Shown: piece after piece, positions 47,656 through 58,800 of the stretch
Numbering within the stretch: the stretch's first letter is position 1
Layout: each line of letters starts with the position of its first letter
Source of the DNA: Azolla caroliniana
Taxonomy: Eukaryota; Plantae; Polypodiophyta
Direction of reading: 5' to 3'
NCBI GenBank assembly: GCA_043228905.1
Contig: JBHGNT010000018.1
Coordinates: forward strand, 4,898,001 to 4,962,000
Length of the DNA stretch: 64,000 nucleotides
Notes under the pieces: generated by a model
Told to the model about the DNA's origin: nothing
Database searches by the model: none
What the model saw: only the letters and a program-made list of their open reading frames with translations
Position numbers and translations under genes: made by a program

Positions 47656-49949
47656 TGTTGTAGATTAGACTAATCACATATCAAGGTAATCTCTCGATAG
47701 AGCTCATAGGCTATGCTCTTCTATATATACTCCAAAATGATTGAGATACATAAGTTTATCACCCACAAGATGATGGGATGCATGCATACTATTTACATCA
47801 TTAAGTCTTGTTAACTAAAGCTTAAAACTAAAATAGATATAGCACGACTCCTTTCATGCATGAGTTCATAAGAAATATATATATATATATATATCATGAA
47901 AAAATATCCTCCATTGGTATCAAAAAGTGGCCAAAGACATTATACAAAATAGGACCTAGTATTACATATGACCGTGATCAATCTTTGTAGGTAAAGATAA
48001 ATAAGAAACACACCTAGCCAATCTTTAGACTCGGTAAAGAAATACATTGAAGCCATAACCATCTCCAAATCAACAAGATGAATAGTCCAACCTCTAGAAA
48101 AAACCAGCAAAGGAGTCTCAATATATGTGAAGGCTTAAGCGTTGAACCACATCAAGGTCATTGCCTTTTCTTATTTCCCCCCTTCAACATCCTCAATGCA
48201 TCCTTTACATCACCTTGTAGTTCTTATTTCACCTAGTACACCTTCATGAAGCATTTGGTGAAATAACATGCAAACATCTATGATCGCCATACTGTTGAAT
48301 ACACTCTAATTCAATAGATATATTATAAATTTAGTGGTTAGATAATGACCTCATTGGAACTAGATGGATACCTATTGTTAACAAATTGATGATTGTCATG
48401 AGCTAAACATAATAAAAGTGAAAAGTTTTCAATGTAATTTATATTTCTAAACAATATTTGACACCAACAGGAAGGATGATATGCGTAAAACCTTATGTTT
48501 GTGCAAATGTAAATATAAGGTGAAAAGGTGTGATTGGTCGTGCTAATTTTTTACTCATGTTCGTGGGATGATATTTAGATCAATGTATGAAAGATACATT
48601 GTGTGACTTGGGTCAATCCTATGAATACCATAACGAATATAGGGTCGTATGGTTTACATAGAATGAGGGCACAAAGAGACTTGAACAACCGAGATATCGC
48701 ATGATGATGCATTATGGTGTTCAAGAGGCCACTATAACCCTTGGGACTCAAACAAACATTGCAACTAGTCTTCTCAAATGACTACTAACCAAACTAAAAG
48801 TTCTTTAAACACTTTCTTGCATTTGTTAAGTAGTTCATCCCATTTTCTAAAACAAAGTTAGATTCTAAACAGTAGGCCATCTTTACTGTCATTAGATTCA
48901 TCCCAATGCAAAAAACCATTATGTGTACCATCTCAATGTCAGTCCAAGTAAACGAATTACCAAGTTGAGATAGTAAATGAATTCCCTTTCTCTTGCTTTG
49001 TTTTCGATTATTTATATTTATATTTACCGTTAGTTTTGAAATTTTTACTAAGTTCTAGGTGTGAATTTATAGTTTTAAATTTATATTTAAGAAGGGATAA
49101 GGAATTTTTTGATTCCTTAATACTCTCAAGAGGAGCACAATGTGTAGACCAAACATGTGAACAAAATACACAATGTGTAGACCAAACATGTGATTGGAGC
49201 ATCCAAAAGGATCTCATAACCAAGGCCAAACACATGAAGGGAGCTCCCAAAGACAACAGATGAAGAGAGTTCCCAAAGAGATCCCTTGAAGCCCAATGCA
49301 TGAAGGCTTCACATGAAGCCCAACACACGAAGGCCGAAACACACCCACCCACTATATATATCTTTATAACACATACCTACCTAAAGATATTATGTAGAGA
49401 GGCGCCTTGGAGTGACCCACCCCTAACATAGAAAATGAGACAAACAAAGCACAACTTGACGAATGGTTAAGAGATCGAAACAAAAGATATGGAGGTAACA
49501 TGATAGTATATGATGACATGGTCGTAGACCACATCACCTTAGGGCTTACTTGCTTAGATGTCCTTGAGGAACTGAAATATATAGAAAAATAAATCAAAAT
49601 GTAGTTCACCCAACTAGCACATGTGATCAACTATAGATCAAGATGGAACCCAACAGATCAACTATTCTCCCTCAAGTAAGAAGTTAAGGAAATTATGCAT
49701 GTCTACATTTGACATACCAAAAGCTTGCACAATCGGTGTGAGCACATTCCCTTAACAAAGTGATATTGGACAAGATTATTCGCCAAAGAGATAGGTCCTA
49801 TTTGGTTGAATTCGGTACTAAACGTCCAAATGTGCCAACTAGTCCACTGAGCCATAGTGCTTTCTCACATGCATTTGAAACCCTATACTTGGGATTGGCT
49901 GAATTGGATGTTAGCTTGGCACCCTCACTTGGATGTTTGCAAAAAAGTG

Positions 49950-50447
49950 CTCATTGATTATTCATTAGTGGAACTAGGTCCCAATTTTTGTTTTCTCAAA
50001 TGGAGTTTGTCTCTGACTCTATAGTTAGTTCCTAGCTAGCTTAGTTTGTTGTTATTGCAACTTCTTTATATGTTGAGGATTCACCGACATTTGTGTACAA
50101 AATGTTTAGTGAATACCTTCTATGTGGATGAGGCCATCTCAAATATTGGCATGGTAGAACCAGACTCATCAAATCGCCATGGATGATCTCTTTTGTAATG
50201 GCGAGGCTGTCACTTGTTGTCAATACAATCTATAGCATACCATCACTGGCTAGTTGGGTAGCTAATCAAGTGTGTTGGGCAGGGCCATCGAGAGAAAGTC
50301 ACATGTCAAAGTTCGATAAGTTGTTCAACTACATTGTGAATTTTTGACTCATTAAAGACAATGTCCTAAGTTCGAACAATTTGTCTTGTCTCGGAATCCC
50401 TTAGTCAATAAGAAATGTTGCCATCGGAATCATAGATAAGAAAGATG
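49950..50447 (-). pseudogene. old copia relic related to family X, left part (continues at 55803-55837 and 61245-61620)
   Basis: Minus translation YTNVGESSTYKEVA resembles FTDAGEPTSYEEA; RDSETRQIVRT*DIVFNES resembles WDPERRQIVRSSDVVFNES. Left boundary approximate. Confidence 0.7.
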
Positions 50448-53400
50448 TGTTGGAAGCAATGTCGTCAATGCGGAAGATCTAGAAGCATTCGATTGCTGTT
50501 CAGTACCTGCGTATGACAGAATGTAGGTCGTTGCACAGAGAGAGAGAGAGAGAGAGAGACACAAAAGACTTTCTCTTACACAAAGCAACAATACAACAGC
50601 CAACCTCACAAAGAGGTTACAAGGTCACTATATATAGTGACCGACTTAGGGCAACTACCCTTTATGCTAATTACAAGAATGGCCAAATACGAGATAGTGT
50701 GAATACGTCCATTATATACATGCATTCGACACTCCCCCGTAATGGGCGTATACATGGGTTATCTAAGATTACAGGTATAGACTTATGTTCTCGGACATAT
50801 CAGCTTTGTTCGAGTCGGCAGGATCCGAAGACAGAAGACCGAAACTGGTCGGGTCGGAACAGTTGAAGCCGATCATTAAGGAACTGATGTCGGTTGTCGG
50901 GAACCATCCTGCTCTGTGTCCGGCTCTAACCGGACTGGTTTGTCGTTACGCCCATCTGATGCCGAAGAGACCGAAAACGGTCTGCCGAGAGACATTTGGT
51001 CATTCCATCTGCGACATTATCGGTTGTGGATATTTTCTCTAGACCGATTTTCCCTGAAATGACGCAGTCCCGAACGAAGTGATATCGAACGTCGATATGT
51101 TTGGAGGCGTTGTGGTGAACCGGATTTTTCGACAAGGCAACAGCACCTTGACTGTCGCTGTAGACAACTGGAGCCGAGTCATGTTCGACTTGTCGAAACG
51201 TGTGCGCCAGCCGACCGAGCCACAAAGCTTCTTTTGATGCGTCGGACGCGGCTACATATTCTGCTTCGGTCGTTGAGGTCGCTGTGCACTCCTGAAGTTT
51301 CGACTTCCACGAGATTGCTCCATTGCCGAATTTGAAGCAGTATCCGGTTGTTGATTTCCGACTGTCTATACAGCCGGCGAAGTCCGAGTCGGTGTAACCG
51401 ACTACGCCTGAGGTTCGGTTCGGACCGAAAAGAATGCCATGGTCTTTTGTGCCAACCAGATATCTGAACACATGCTTGACTGCGTTCCAATGCGATCGGC
51501 CAGGGTTGTGCATAAATCTGCTAACGACTCCTACGGCGTGAGAAATATCAGGCCGTGTCGCGACCATCAGGTACATAAGGGAGCCGACTGCCGGTGCATA
51601 CGGTACCGACTTCATATCTTCCCCCTCCGGGCCGGATGTCGGGCAGTCTCGCTGAGAGAGCCGAAGATTCATTGGGAGCGGGGTTGAAGCAGATTTGGCT
51701 GATTGCATGTTGAAGCGTTCCAAGACACGTCCGATATAGTCGGTCTGAGACAAAAAAAGATGTCGTTTATCGCGATGCCGACTGATCTTCATGCCAAGGA
51801 TGTGTCGTGCCGGACCGAGGTCCTTCATGGCAAACTTCAACCGCAGTTGCCGAACGAGATCGGCAAGTTCGCCCGCGTGGCGTCCAGAAATTAGCATGTC
51901 GTCCACGTAAATGATGAGGAAGATGGGTGAACCATCTTGAGCTGTGTTGGTGAAGAGACAATGGTCCTCATCGCTTTTGGAGAAGCCGATCGATTGGATG
52001 AAGTCGTCGAACTTCTTGTACCATTGTCGCGGTGCCTGTTTGAGGCCGTATAGACTCTTCCTGAGTCGGCAGACTAGATGTTCTTGGCCGGTGGCCACGA
52101 AGCCTTTGGGCTGCTCCATATAAATTTCCTCCTCGAGATCACCATGGAGGAAGGCTGTTTTGACATCTAGCTGAATCAGCTCCAAGTTATCGGCTGCCAC
52201 TACGCCGAGTAGGAAACGAAGGGTTGTCATTTTCACCACTGGTGAAAAAATCTCGTCGAAGTCGACGCCATATTCTTGTCGGAAGCCCTTCGCAACTAAT
52301 CTGGCCTTGTACTTTGGGGTGGTCGAATCTGACGTCTCTTTTAGTCGATAAACCCACTTGCAAGGAAGAGCACGTCGGTTCCTAGGTAATTCGACCAGAT
52401 CCCAAGTCTTGTTTGCCCGAATGGAGTGCATTTCCGACTCCATCGCCAGATGCCAGGTGGCTGAATCGACAGATGTCGATGCCTCTTCGTAAGACGTCGG
52501 TTCGCCGGCGTCGGTGAAGAAAATTCCAGGAGAATACCTCTCCGGAGGTTGCGACAGTCTCTCGGATCGTCGAGGCATGATTGGACTGGTCGCATCGGGT
52601 ATCGTGGTCGGATGGTCCGAAAGCGGATTGTTCTGCTGTGCCGAGTCGGGGTTGTCCGAGTCGGTAGTGTAAGGTTCAGCTACCCGTGAAGCTGACCGTG
52701 TGTTGAGAGCAGGGCCTTCTTGAAGGGTCGGCACATCGGAAAATGTTACCCTTCGGACTTCGATTGGTTTTTCGATTGATGGATTCATAGCCGACTCGTT
52801 GAACACAACGTCCGAACTTCGAACGATTTGTCTGCGTTCGGGGTCCCAGAGTCGGTATCCCATTTCGCCGTCGGATCCATATCCAAGGAAAATGCATTTC
52901 CTGGACCGAGGTGCAAGTTTTCGGCGATCATCTTTCGGAATAAGGGCGTACGCCTCGCATCCGAAGATCCTCAGCTTGTCGTAATTCGGCTTACTGCCGA
53001 TCCATAGTTCTTGAGGAATTTGAAGTCCTAGAGGTCTACTTGGCGACATATTGATTATGTGTGCTGCCGTGAGTAGAGCCTCTGCCCAGAAGCCATCCGA
53101 TAGTCCGGAGTGTTGGAGCATGGAAACTATCCGTTCTTGGATTGTCCGATTCATGCGTTCGGCAATCCCGTTTTGCTCCGGACTGTGTGGTGCCGTAAAT
53201 TCACGTCGAATGCCGCGTTGTCGGCAGAATTTGACGAATTCTTCGGATTTGAACTCTCCCCCATTGTCTGTCCGAAAGCATTTCAGCTTTCGGTCGGTTT
53301 GATTTTCCACCATAGCGAGCCAATCTGAAAAGATCGAGAAGACACGATCTTTGGTGCGAATTGGATACGCCCACACCTTTCGAGTCGAGTCGTCAATGAA

Positions 53401-55797
53401 AGTGACGAAGTAAGATGCACCGCCTAGAGATTGATGCGGCATTGGGCCGCAGACGTCCGAGTGGACCAAGTCGAGAGGTCTCGTTTCTCTTGGTGCTGAT
53501 GTCGGGTGTGATGCGGCGGCTTGTTTGCCATACTGGCAATGCTCGCAGAATTGATGGTCGGAGAAGGAGAGTTTGGGGATGTATCCGGCTCTAGATAGAT
53601 GCGTGATGCCGGCCTTGCTGAGGTGTCCCAATCGTCGGTGCCATAGTGATGACACAGGAATATCCACCAAAAACAGGTTACCCTCTCTGAGCGTAACATG
53701 TAACGGATACAGTGAGTGTATCTTGGGTCCTCTAGCAAGCAGGAGGTTCCCCCTGTGGAGTGTCCACCCTCCCGAAGAAAAACCGGCACGAATGCCGTCT
53801 TCATCTAGTTGTCCGACTGAGATCAATGGCCTTGAGAGCTCGGGTACATGTCGGACATTGTGGAGTACAAGTGTAGAGCCACCTGCAAGGTTGAGCTCTA
53901 CTGTGCCGATTCCGATGATGTCACAGTGTTGCGAGTTACCGACCCGAACTGAGTCGGAGTGACGGATCGTGTATTGCCGAAATTGGGATCGATGAGGAGT
54001 CACGTGAAATGACGCGCCCGAATCTAAGAGCCATGTGCTCGATTCTTCAGTCGTGAGTAGAACTTCTGATCCGACTGGATTTTCGATTGATAGTATATTC
54101 GGGTCGTCCGGTAGTACATCAGCTGAGAAGCTGACGTAATTGATCTCCTCATGCCGGCCACTCTTCTTGTTGTTCTTGTTCTTGAGTGCGCGGCAGTCGG
54201 CTTTGATGTGTCCGGGTTTCTTGCAATAGTTGCAGATTCGGTTGTCCCGTGACTGGCTCCGTCTTCGCTGATTGTTCGGCGGTCGTGAGGAATCTCTTCC
54301 TCGTATGTTCGATCGGTCTGTCGAACCTTGTACTACGTAAGCGTCGTCTGTTGAGTCTTTGGCGAAAGACTTTCTCCGAGCTGCTTCGGTCAGGATTGCG
54401 CTCGTGACTTCGGAGTATTTAACAGCCGTGGTTGACGCGTTGCACACGGTTGTGACGAAAGTTTCCCATGATGGGGGAAGGCTGCTCATGAGTATCATTG
54501 CTCTGAGTTCATCCTCGATTGCCGTCCCCTGTGACGAGATTTGGGAGCTTATGCTTTCGTACTCATTGAGGTGTGCTTGGACCGAGTCGGATTCTTTCAT
54601 CCGCAAGTTGTAGAGGCGCCGGATCAGAAACATCTTCGTTGCGGCGACCTTCTTTTCGTAAGTGTCCGACAGTGTTTTCCACAGTTCGAATGCTGTCGTA
54701 CACGATTGCACCGTGAAGTATACCGATTCCGATAGGTGCATCCGAATCGTGGCGCGGACGATTCTGTCCAGCTTCTGCCACTCAATTGGTTTGTATCCTT
54801 CTGGAGGTTCTTCATGTTCGATGGGGTCGATTTGCCCCTTGACTATGAGATAGTCCTGCATTTGTTCCTTCCAGAAGTTGAAGTTCGATCCATCGAACTT
54901 TCGTAGACTCATTTCTGACGAGCCTGATGTTGATGCCATCAAATTCGGTTTCGGTTGACGAAGCTCGGTTCAGAGTTGACTGCGAACCTTGTTGGAGTGC
55001 AGCCGGTTGGCTCACCCGATATCGTTCTAGTCGGATTTGAACCCGAGTCGGTTCGGCTTCGGAACTTGCTCGAATTGACTTCGGTAGCTTGAGGGACAGA
55101 ACCGACTGGTCTTCCCGAATGTTGCCGAGTCGGAGCCTGGTTCGTTTCGGATATATATGCCGAATACCGATTATTAAAACCGATTATCTGAACCGATTTT
55201 GCTTCGGTTGACTGCAGCGACGAGAGAGACGGATCCGACTGATCCTCCCGAATGTCGATCAGCCAGATGAAGCACGAATTTGGGTTGTTGTCAAAGTTGC
55301 ACAAGGGGATTTCACCTCGAGCGGTTACGATCACAAGGGACAGAGTACGACCTGCTGGCTTACTCCAAGCAAGAGGATCTAACGCAATGAGATGCAAACC
55401 TGGTTTTTTTTTTTCTTCTTCTCTCTTCTTCGAATGACGCAGGAAACCGAATGCAGAGACGACGGCCGACAGCGGATTGAAGGACCGACTACTGTGCAGG
55501 CTCTGATACCAGATGTTGGAAGCAATGTCGTCAATGCGGAAGATCTAGAAGCATTCGATTGCTGTTCAGTACCTGCGTATGACAGAATGTAGGTCGTTGC
55601 ACAGAGAGAGAGAGAGAGAGAGAGACACAAAAGACTTTCTCTTACACAAAGCAACAATACAACAGCCAACCTCACAAAGAGGTTACAAGGTCACTATATA
55701 TAGTGACCGACTTAGGGCAACTACCCTTTATGCTAATTACAAGAATGGCCAAATACGAGATAGTGTGAATACGTCCATTATATACATGCATTCGACA
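50448..55797 (-). mobile_element. complete, very young Ty1/copia, family X copy 2
   Basis: 284-bp LTRs 50448-50731 and 55514-55797 with no difference seen; TSD AGATG (50443-50447, 55798-55802); PPT 50732-50738; iMet PBS 55500-55511. Confidence 0.98.
50926..54942 (-). CDS. intact copia Gag-Pol polyprotein, 1338 aa
   Basis: Same domains and length as 194-4210, all catalytic motifs present. Confidence 0.96.
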   Translation of the reverse strand: MMASTSGSSEMSLRKFDGSNFNFWKEQMQDYLIVKGQIDPIEHEEPPEGYKPIEWQKLDRIVRATIRMHLSESVYFTVQSCTTAFELWKTLSDTYEKKVAATKMFLIRRLYNLRMKESDSVQAHLNEYESISSQISSQGTAIEDELRAMILMSSLPPSWETFVTTVCNASTTAVKYSEVTSAILTEAARRKSFAKDSTDDAYVVQGSTDRSNIRGRDSSRPPNNQRRRSQSRDNRICNYCKKPGHIKADCRALKNKNNKKSGRHEEINYVSFSADVLPDDPNILSIENPVGSEVLLTTEESSTWLLDSGASFHVTPHRSQFRQYTIRHSDSVRVGNSQHCDIIGIGTVELNLAGGSTLVLHNVRHVPELSRPLISVGQLDEDGIRAGFSSGGWTLHRGNLLLARGPKIHSLYPLHVTLREGNLFLVDIPVSSLWHRRLGHLSKAGITHLSRAGYIPKLSFSDHQFCEHCQYGKQAAASHPTSAPRETRPLDLVHSDVCGPMPHQSLGGASYFVTFIDDSTRKVWAYPIRTKDRVFSIFSDWLAMVENQTDRKLKCFRTDNGGEFKSEEFVKFCRQRGIRREFTAPHSPEQNGIAERMNRTIQERIVSMLQHSGLSDGFWAEALLTAAHIINMSPSRPLGLQIPQELWIGSKPNYDKLRIFGCEAYALIPKDDRRKLAPRSRKCIFLGYGSDGEMGYRLWDPERRQIVRSSDVVFNESAMNPSIEKPIEVRRVTFSDVPTLQEGPALNTRSASRVAEPYTTDSDNPDSAQQNNPLSDHPTTIPDATSPIMPRRSERLSQPPERYSPGIFFTDAGEPTSYEEASTSVDSATWHLAMESEMHSIRANKTWDLVELPRNRRALPCKWVYRLKETSDSTTPKYKARLVAKGFRQEYGVDFDEIFSPVVKMTTLRFLLGVVAADNLELIQLDVKTAFLHGDLEEEIYMEQPKGFVATGQEHLVCRLRKSLYGLKQAPRQWYKKFDDFIQSIGFSKSDEDHCLFTNTAQDGSPIFLIIYVDDMLISGRHAGELADLVRQLRLKFAMKDLGPARHILGMKISRHRDKRHLFLSQTDYIGRVLERFNMQSAKSASTPLPMNLRLSQRDCPTSGPEGEDMKSVPYAPAVGSLMYLMVATRPDISHAVGVVSRFMHNPGRSHWNAVKHVFRYLVGTKDHGILFGPNRTSGVVGYTDSDFAGCIDSRKSTTGYCFKFGNGAISWKSKLQECTATSTTEAEYVAASDASKEALWLGRLAHTFRQVEHDSAPVVYSDSQGAVALSKNPVHHNASKHIDVRYHFVRDCVISGKIGLEKISTTDNVADGMTKCLSADRFRSLRHQMGVTTNQSG

Positions 55798-55837
55798 AGA
55801 TGCTCTTGCCTGAGCAAGACTCCAACTTTCTTCTCTC

Positions 55838-58800
55838 TGTTGGGATTTCGGTCCCTCCGGATGGGATGTCCGGAGATGAATGACGGCAAGCCCGGAGGCT
55901 GTTACGGAACCGTATGATGAAGAGTACCCGGCATGAAGCCGGATGAAGAGTACCCGGTTACGGAGCCGGATGCTGAAGACCCCGGTTACGGAGCCGGATG
56001 ACGTATGTACCCGGAGAGAGATCCGGATGCGGGGACATATCTGTGAATATGTTTGCCAAGGGCCCTTGAGGCTATATTTGTAAATAGCCCGAAAGTCATA
56101 TGTGTATAAATATGACTTAGGGCAAACAGTTTTGGTTGTTGTTGCTCATTTTCTGTTTTCCACTAAGAGGGAGCGAAGTGAGAGCAGCCGAGAGAGAGTG
56201 AGAGAACGAAGAGGAAGGAAGAGGTCGACGCCTCTGTGTAATACCGCCGCCTGTGGCGAGGACAGCGAGCTCAAGGTCGTCGCCTTGCAGCTCGCCATTG
56301 TACATTCCCGCGCATAGTGATAGTTGGAGTCTTGCACTCCCGTGGTTTTTCCCATTTAGGGTTTTCCACGTAAAACATCCAGTGTACCCTTCTCTCTATT
56401 GTTTTTCGTGCATTCTTGTACTTCCCGTTTTCTGTGAATCGATCCTGTTCCTCGGTGGTGGCCGAGCACGGAATTACGACAAAGTGGTATCAGAGCGACG
56501 GTAACACAGAAAATGGAAGGCGGCAGCAGCGGGCAGCCGGGGATGATGGTGCTGAATGCGTAGAACTACGCCGACTGGAAGATAAAGATGGAGGATCTGC
56601 TCATTGTTCGGGACCTGTATGAACCGATCGACAGGTCGGAAATACCCAAGGGGGTACTTGAGACGGAGTGGAGGCTTCTGAACCGGAAAGCCGTTGCAAC
56701 CATTCGGCAATACGTCGACGTGAGCGTTCTACAACACGTGGCGAACGACACCAACGCATATGAGATGTGGCGGAAGCTGTCGGGCCTCTACGAGAGGAAG
56801 AATGCGTTGAACCGGACCTCCCTGATGAGAAAGATAGTGAACCTCAAGTACCGGGACGGCGAGAGTATGGTGGAACACGTAAGCACGTTCATGGGATTCG
56901 TGAACCAACTTGCGGCGATCAAGTTCCCGTTGGAGGATGCAATGCAAGCCATCATCATGATGTGTACATTGCCGGACAGCTGGGAGAACTTGGTGGTGAC
57001 TCTCAGCACCTCCTGCACCGAAGATAACTTGTCCCTACAAACGGTAAAGACAAGTATCTTGAACGAAGAAGCGCGTCGGAGAGATAAAGAACCGGCCTCC
57101 GACTCGAAGGCGTTGCTTACCAAATCAGAACGGGGAAGACAATGGAACCGGAGTCCGCAAAGACGGGAGAAGTCGGGGACCCGGTCGCAGTCAAGAGGAA
57201 GACCCACATGCTTCCACTGTGGGAAACCGGGGCACTTCCGGAAGAATTGTCGGCATTACCGAAAAGACAACGGAGCCGACGACACCGATTCGAAGAAGTC
57301 ACCGGAGAGAAACGGTGCATACCGGGGAGCCACGGACCGGAGAGGTCCGGATCGGCGAGGGCAGGACCGGAAAGGAACGACGGCACTCGCGGCAAGTGAG
57401 GAAGAAATCATGCTCATTACCGAAGAGAGGGAGCTGAACCTTGCCGGTGTAGAGACGACCTGGGTGGTTGATTCCGGAGCGTCGTTCCACCTGACCCCGG
57501 AGAAGAAATACTTCTCATCCTACACAGCCGGTGAGCACGGCTGTGTCCGGATGGGAAATGAAGGCACATGCCGGATTGCCGGCATAGGAGACGTGTGGCT
57601 GATGACATCAACCGGATGCAAGATGCTGCTGAAGGATGTGCGACACGTTCCGGAGGTCCGATTGAACCTGATCTCGGCCGGGAGGCTAGATGATGAAGGC
57701 TACACGGGTAGCATCCGGAACGGTGTCATGAAGTTCAGCAAGGGGAGCCTGATAGTAGCTCGGGCCCGGAAGGTCAACACCCTGTACCTGATGAATTCCC
57801 GGCTATGTCCGGAGGAGCTGAACGTGGCAGCCGACACTGCCGGTGAGCTGTGGCACAAGAGACTGTGCCACATGAGCGAGAAGGGGATGAAGAGGCTTGC
57901 AGAAGACAACCTCATTCCAGTGAAGCATGTGCATCTGGAGAAGTGCACCGATTGCCTGGCCGGTAAGCAGAACCGAACCTCCTTCCACTCAAGGCCACCG
58001 ACGAGACGTAGCGCACCATTGGAGTTGGTGCACACTGATGTGTGTCAGGTAGAAACGAAGTCACATGGCGGAGCCCAGTACTTCGTGACTTTCATTGATG
58101 ATCACAGCCGGAAGCTGTGGACGGCGCCGTTGAAGACAAAGGACCAAGTGTTGTCCGTCTTCAAAGAACTCCACGCGAGAGTGGAAAGAGAATCCGGCAA
58201 GAAGCTGAAAGCGATACGAGCGGATAACGGAGGGGAATACCGGGGGCAGTTCCAGGAGTACTGTCGCTCGAAGGGAATCAGGCTCGAGTTTACTGTGCCG
58301 AAGACGCCGGAACTAAACGGGCTGGCCGAGAGGATGAACCGGACCATAATGGAGAGGGTCCGGAGTATGCTGGCGCATGCGAAATTACCCAAGGGGTTTT
58401 GGGCTGAGGCAATGTCGACGGCGACATACGTGATAAACAGATCACCCTCAGTACCTTTGGACGGAGACACGCCGCAGAAAGTGTGGACCGGTAAGGAAGT
58501 GTCCTACCGGCATCTGAAGGTGTTCGGGTGTCTCGCATACGTGCATGTGGCAAAGGACCGGAGAGGAAAGCTAGATCCAAAGACCCGGCCATGCATATTC
58601 CTCGGTTACGGCGACGACGAGTTCGGCTACCGAGTATGGGACCCGGTCGACAAGAAGATATTCAGGAGTCGAGACATCATCTTCATGGAGGACAAGACAC
58701 TCGCCGACTGGGAGTCGGAGAAGAAGATGAAGAGCTCCAAGTCGACCGGTGAGGATCAACTCTACGAGGAGCAGTCCCGACCGACAAGGGACCGATTAAC

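Larger units (their letters stand above)
42710..47873 (-). mobile_element. full-length decayed Ty1/copia, Bianca lineage
   Basis: LTRs 42710-42969 and 47656-47873; TSD AATAT (42705-42709, 47874-47878); PPT AGGGGGCG; PBS CGTTATTAGCACGA; Bianca-type motifs ERIPGDIHRPVHP and KGDRIKHISPKFFFTHEL; many stops and frameshifts. Confidence 0.9.

Noticed and set aside
1-55797. Segmental duplication explaining the two family X copies
   Set aside because: Similarity ends exactly at the LTR termini, flanks differ and copy 2 has its own TSD.
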